A stretch of 16,519 nt of DNA from Promethearchaeota archaeon (lineage in GTDB: Archaea > Asgardarchaeota > Lokiarchaeia > Sigyniarchaeales > SOKP01): NCBI GenBank assembly GCA_048938445.1, contig JBHLME010000099.1, positions 1 to 16,519 on the forward strand, given 5' to 3'. Within the stretch, counting starts at the first letter, position 1. Every line of letters begins with the position of its first letter. Made by a program: the position numbers and the translations under genes. A model generated the notes under the pieces. That model saw nothing but the letters and a program-made list of their open reading frames with translations, ran no database searches and was not told where the DNA came from. This document shows positions 16,519 through 16,519 of the stretch, piece by piece.

Positions 16519-16519
16519 A

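Overview
Very AT-rich (roughly 25-30% GC by eye) archaeal DNA. The gene content points to an Asgard archaeon, most likely Lokiarchaeia/Promethearchaeota: a CC-type zinc-ribbon TFB paralogue, stand-alone and zinc-finger-fused 7TM proteins, and an 'EEEFWGHCSNLQ' N-terminal-domain protein. This assignment is from family recognition, not a database search. The window is a mixed accessory region with about 17 complete annotated CDSs: TFB, YbhB/PEBP, tandem alpha/beta hydrolases, a Mo-cofactor oxidoreductase, a COG1233 FAD oxidoreductase, a CPBP protease, a glycine-zipper protein and several hypotheticals. I found no rRNA, tRNA, CRISPR array or transposase. Best leads: (1) a single polypeptide fusing a sulfite-oxidase/MsrP-type Mo domain to a four-His cytochrome b561-like module, with no Tat signal; (2) a 42-codon GC3-rich gene missed by the ORF track, ending in a hairpin plus U-tract; (3) a position-conserved 5' leader hairpin/operator on both hydrolase paralogues; (4) a 7TM protein with a TFIIH-p44-like RING finger; (5) a hidden 80-aa ORF broken at an A19 tract; (6) 26-aa repeats with 52-aa higher-order periodicity.
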